DNA of 64,000 bases from assembly GCF_963921235.1 (NCBI RefSeq), contig NC_086097.1:170812001-170876000 (forward strand). The letters run 5' to 3'. Below are positions 61,789-64,000 of this stretch, in pieces. Each line of letters starts with the position of its first letter. The first letter of the stretch is position 1. This DNA comes from Mobula hypostoma. Lineage: Eukaryota. The notes below the pieces were generated by a model. The model searched no databases. It was not told the DNA's origin and saw only the letters and a list, made by a program, of their open reading frames with translations. A program made the translations under genes and the position numbers.

Positions 61789-63592
61789 GATGAAATATGA
61801 AAGTAATCTAGCCAATAATATAAAAGAGGATACAAAAGGTTTTTTCATATATATAAAGAATAAAAGAGAGATGCGAGTGGATATTGAGCAGCTGGAAAAT
61901 GATATTGAATTTGCAATGGGTAACAAAGGAAATGGTGGGTGAACTTAATAAGTATTTTGCATCAGCCTTCACCGTGGAAGACACTGGCAGAATGCCAGGA
62001 ATGCGAGAGTGTCAGGGGACAGAAGTGAGTGTTGTTGCTATTACTAAGGAAAAGGTGCTTGGGGAGCTGAAACGTCTGAAGGTTGATAAGTCACATGGAC
62101 CATTTGGACTGCATCCCAGGGTTCTGAACGAGGTAGCTGAAGAGATTATGGAGGCATTAGTAATGATCTTTCAAGAATTACTAGATTCAGGAATGGTTTC
62201 AGAGGATTGGAAGATTGCAAATGTCACTCCACTTTTTAAGAAGGGAGGGAGGCAGAAGAAAGGAAATTATAGGCCTATTAGCCTGACTTCAGTAGTTGGG
62301 AAGATGTTGGAGTCCATTATTATGGATGGGCTTTCAGGGTACTTGAAGGCACATGACAAAATAGGCATGGTTTATTTAAAGAGGATTTTTGCCTGACAAA
62401 CCCGTTGGAATTCATTGAGGAAATATCAGACATGTTAAACAAAGGCAAGTCAGTGAAAGTTGTTTACTTGGATTTTCAAAAGGCCTTTGACAAGGTGTTG
62501 CACATGAGGGTGCTTAACAAGATAAGACCCTACGGTATTACAGGAAAGATGGATAGAAGGTGGGCTGACTGGCAGAAGACAAAGAGTGGGAATAGAGGGG
62601 CCTTTTCTGGTTGGCTGCCCGTGACTTGTGGTGTTCTGCAGGGGTTGGTGTTGGGACCACTTCTTTTCACATTATATGTCAATGATTTGAATGAAGGAAT
62701 TGATGGCTTTGTGACCATGAGTGCAGATGATATGATGATAGGTGTGGGGGGGGGGCGGGTAGTCTTGAGGAAGCAGGGTATATGCAGAAGGACTTAGACA
62801 GATTAGGATAATGGGCAACAAAGTGGCAGATGGAATATAGTGTAGGCAAGTGCATGATCGTGCATTTTGGTAAGGATTAAAGGACTATTTTTTAAAAGGG
62901 GAGAAAATTCAAAAATCAGAGGTGCAAAAAGGGACTTAAGAGTCCTCGTGCAGGATTCCTTAAAGGTTAATTTGCAGGTTCATTTGGTGGTAAGTAAGGC
63001 AAATGCGATGTTAGCAATCCTTTCAGGTGGACTAGAATGCAAAAGCAAGGATATAATGCTGAGGTTTTATAAGGCAATTGTCAGATCGCACTTGGTGTAT
63101 TATGAGCAGTTTTGAGTCCCTTATCTAAGAAAGGATGTGCTGATATTGGAGAGGATTCAGAGGAGGTTCACGGGAATGATTGGGAATAAAGGAGTTTTTG
63201 TATGAGGAGTGTTTGCTGGCTCTGGGCCTGTATTTGCTGGATCTTAGAAGAATGAGGTGGGGATCTCATTGAAATGGATTGAATATTGAAAGGCCTAGAC
63301 AGAGTGGATGCTTCCTACAGTGGGGGAGTATAGGAACAGCCTCAGAACAAAGGGATATCCATTTAGAACAGAGATGAGGAGGAATTTCTTTGGCCTGAAG
63401 TTGGTGAATCTGTGGAATTCACTGCACAGACAGCTGCGCAGGCCAACTATTGAGGGATATTTAAAGTGGAGGTTGATAGGTTCTTGATTAGTCAGGACAT
63501 CAAAGGTTATGGGAGAAGACAGGGGAATGGGGTTGAGAGGGATAATAAATCCACCATGATATTATGGTATCTGACTGATGGGCCAAATGGTC
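61789..63592 (+). mobile_element. CR1-type LINE, RT to 3' end, 5'-truncated
   Basis: DWKIANVTPLFKKG..NYRPISLTSVVGK, VYLDFQKAFDKV, GVLQGLVLGPLLF, ADD and 3' UTR. Confidence 0.88.
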
Positions 63593-64000
63593 TACGATTT
63601 TATTTTCACTGTCTTATGATATGAAATTTGTTGTTGAATGGCAGTGGTGCAGGGCAAAGACATAAAATTGCTATAAGTTACAAAAATGTAAATAGTGCAA
63701 AAATGAAATAAAAAGAGAAAGCTAGGGCTTTTCTCTTTGGAGCAAAGGATAACGAGAAGCAAGTTAATCAACATGTGTTAGATTGTAAAGGATGTGGACA
63801 AAGTGGACAGCCAGTGCCTTTTCCCCAAGCCGGCAATGGTTAATATTAGAACATGTTTGAAGGCATATTTTAAAGTGAATGGAGGAATGTTTAGGGGAGA
63901 TGTCAGATGCAGGTTTTTTTACACAGAGTGGTGGATGTGTGGAATGCACTGCTAGGGGTGGTGGTACAGCTGACACATTAGGGACATTTAAGAGACTCTT

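Overview
Vertebrate genomic DNA; the repeat families point to a cartilaginous fish, probably a ray or shark. The window lies wholly inside one + strand gene. Four consecutive coding exons of a type II classical cadherin, best matching cadherin-7 (EC1 to part of EC3), sit at 1946-2240, 8031-8150, 32861-33028 and 61483-61670, with canonical AG/GT sites and consistent phases. The introns (5.8, 24.7 and 28.5 kb) are mostly transposon debris: CR1 and Rex/Babar-type LINE pieces, a deleted Gypsy LTR element, Tc1, mariner and Tigger elements, and Deu-type SINE remnants. The most striking content is a young family of Penelope-like retroelements (RT plus GIY-YIG endonuclease, Neptune-type Cys linker). 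It occurs as three tail-out inverted insertions (28935-32722, 36277-38748, 40120-42038) and as ~200-bp palindromic minis of the same design. The well-preserved insertions are bounded by a ~12-17 bp target-site duplication and have one arm with a ~37-nt 3' tail and one arm without it. Each arm of the three large insertions carries a minimal type-I hammerhead ribozyme motif near its end. The large insertions flank the 168-nt cadherin exon with kilobase-scale reverse-complementary sequence. All family and gene assignments come from motif recognition, not database searches.
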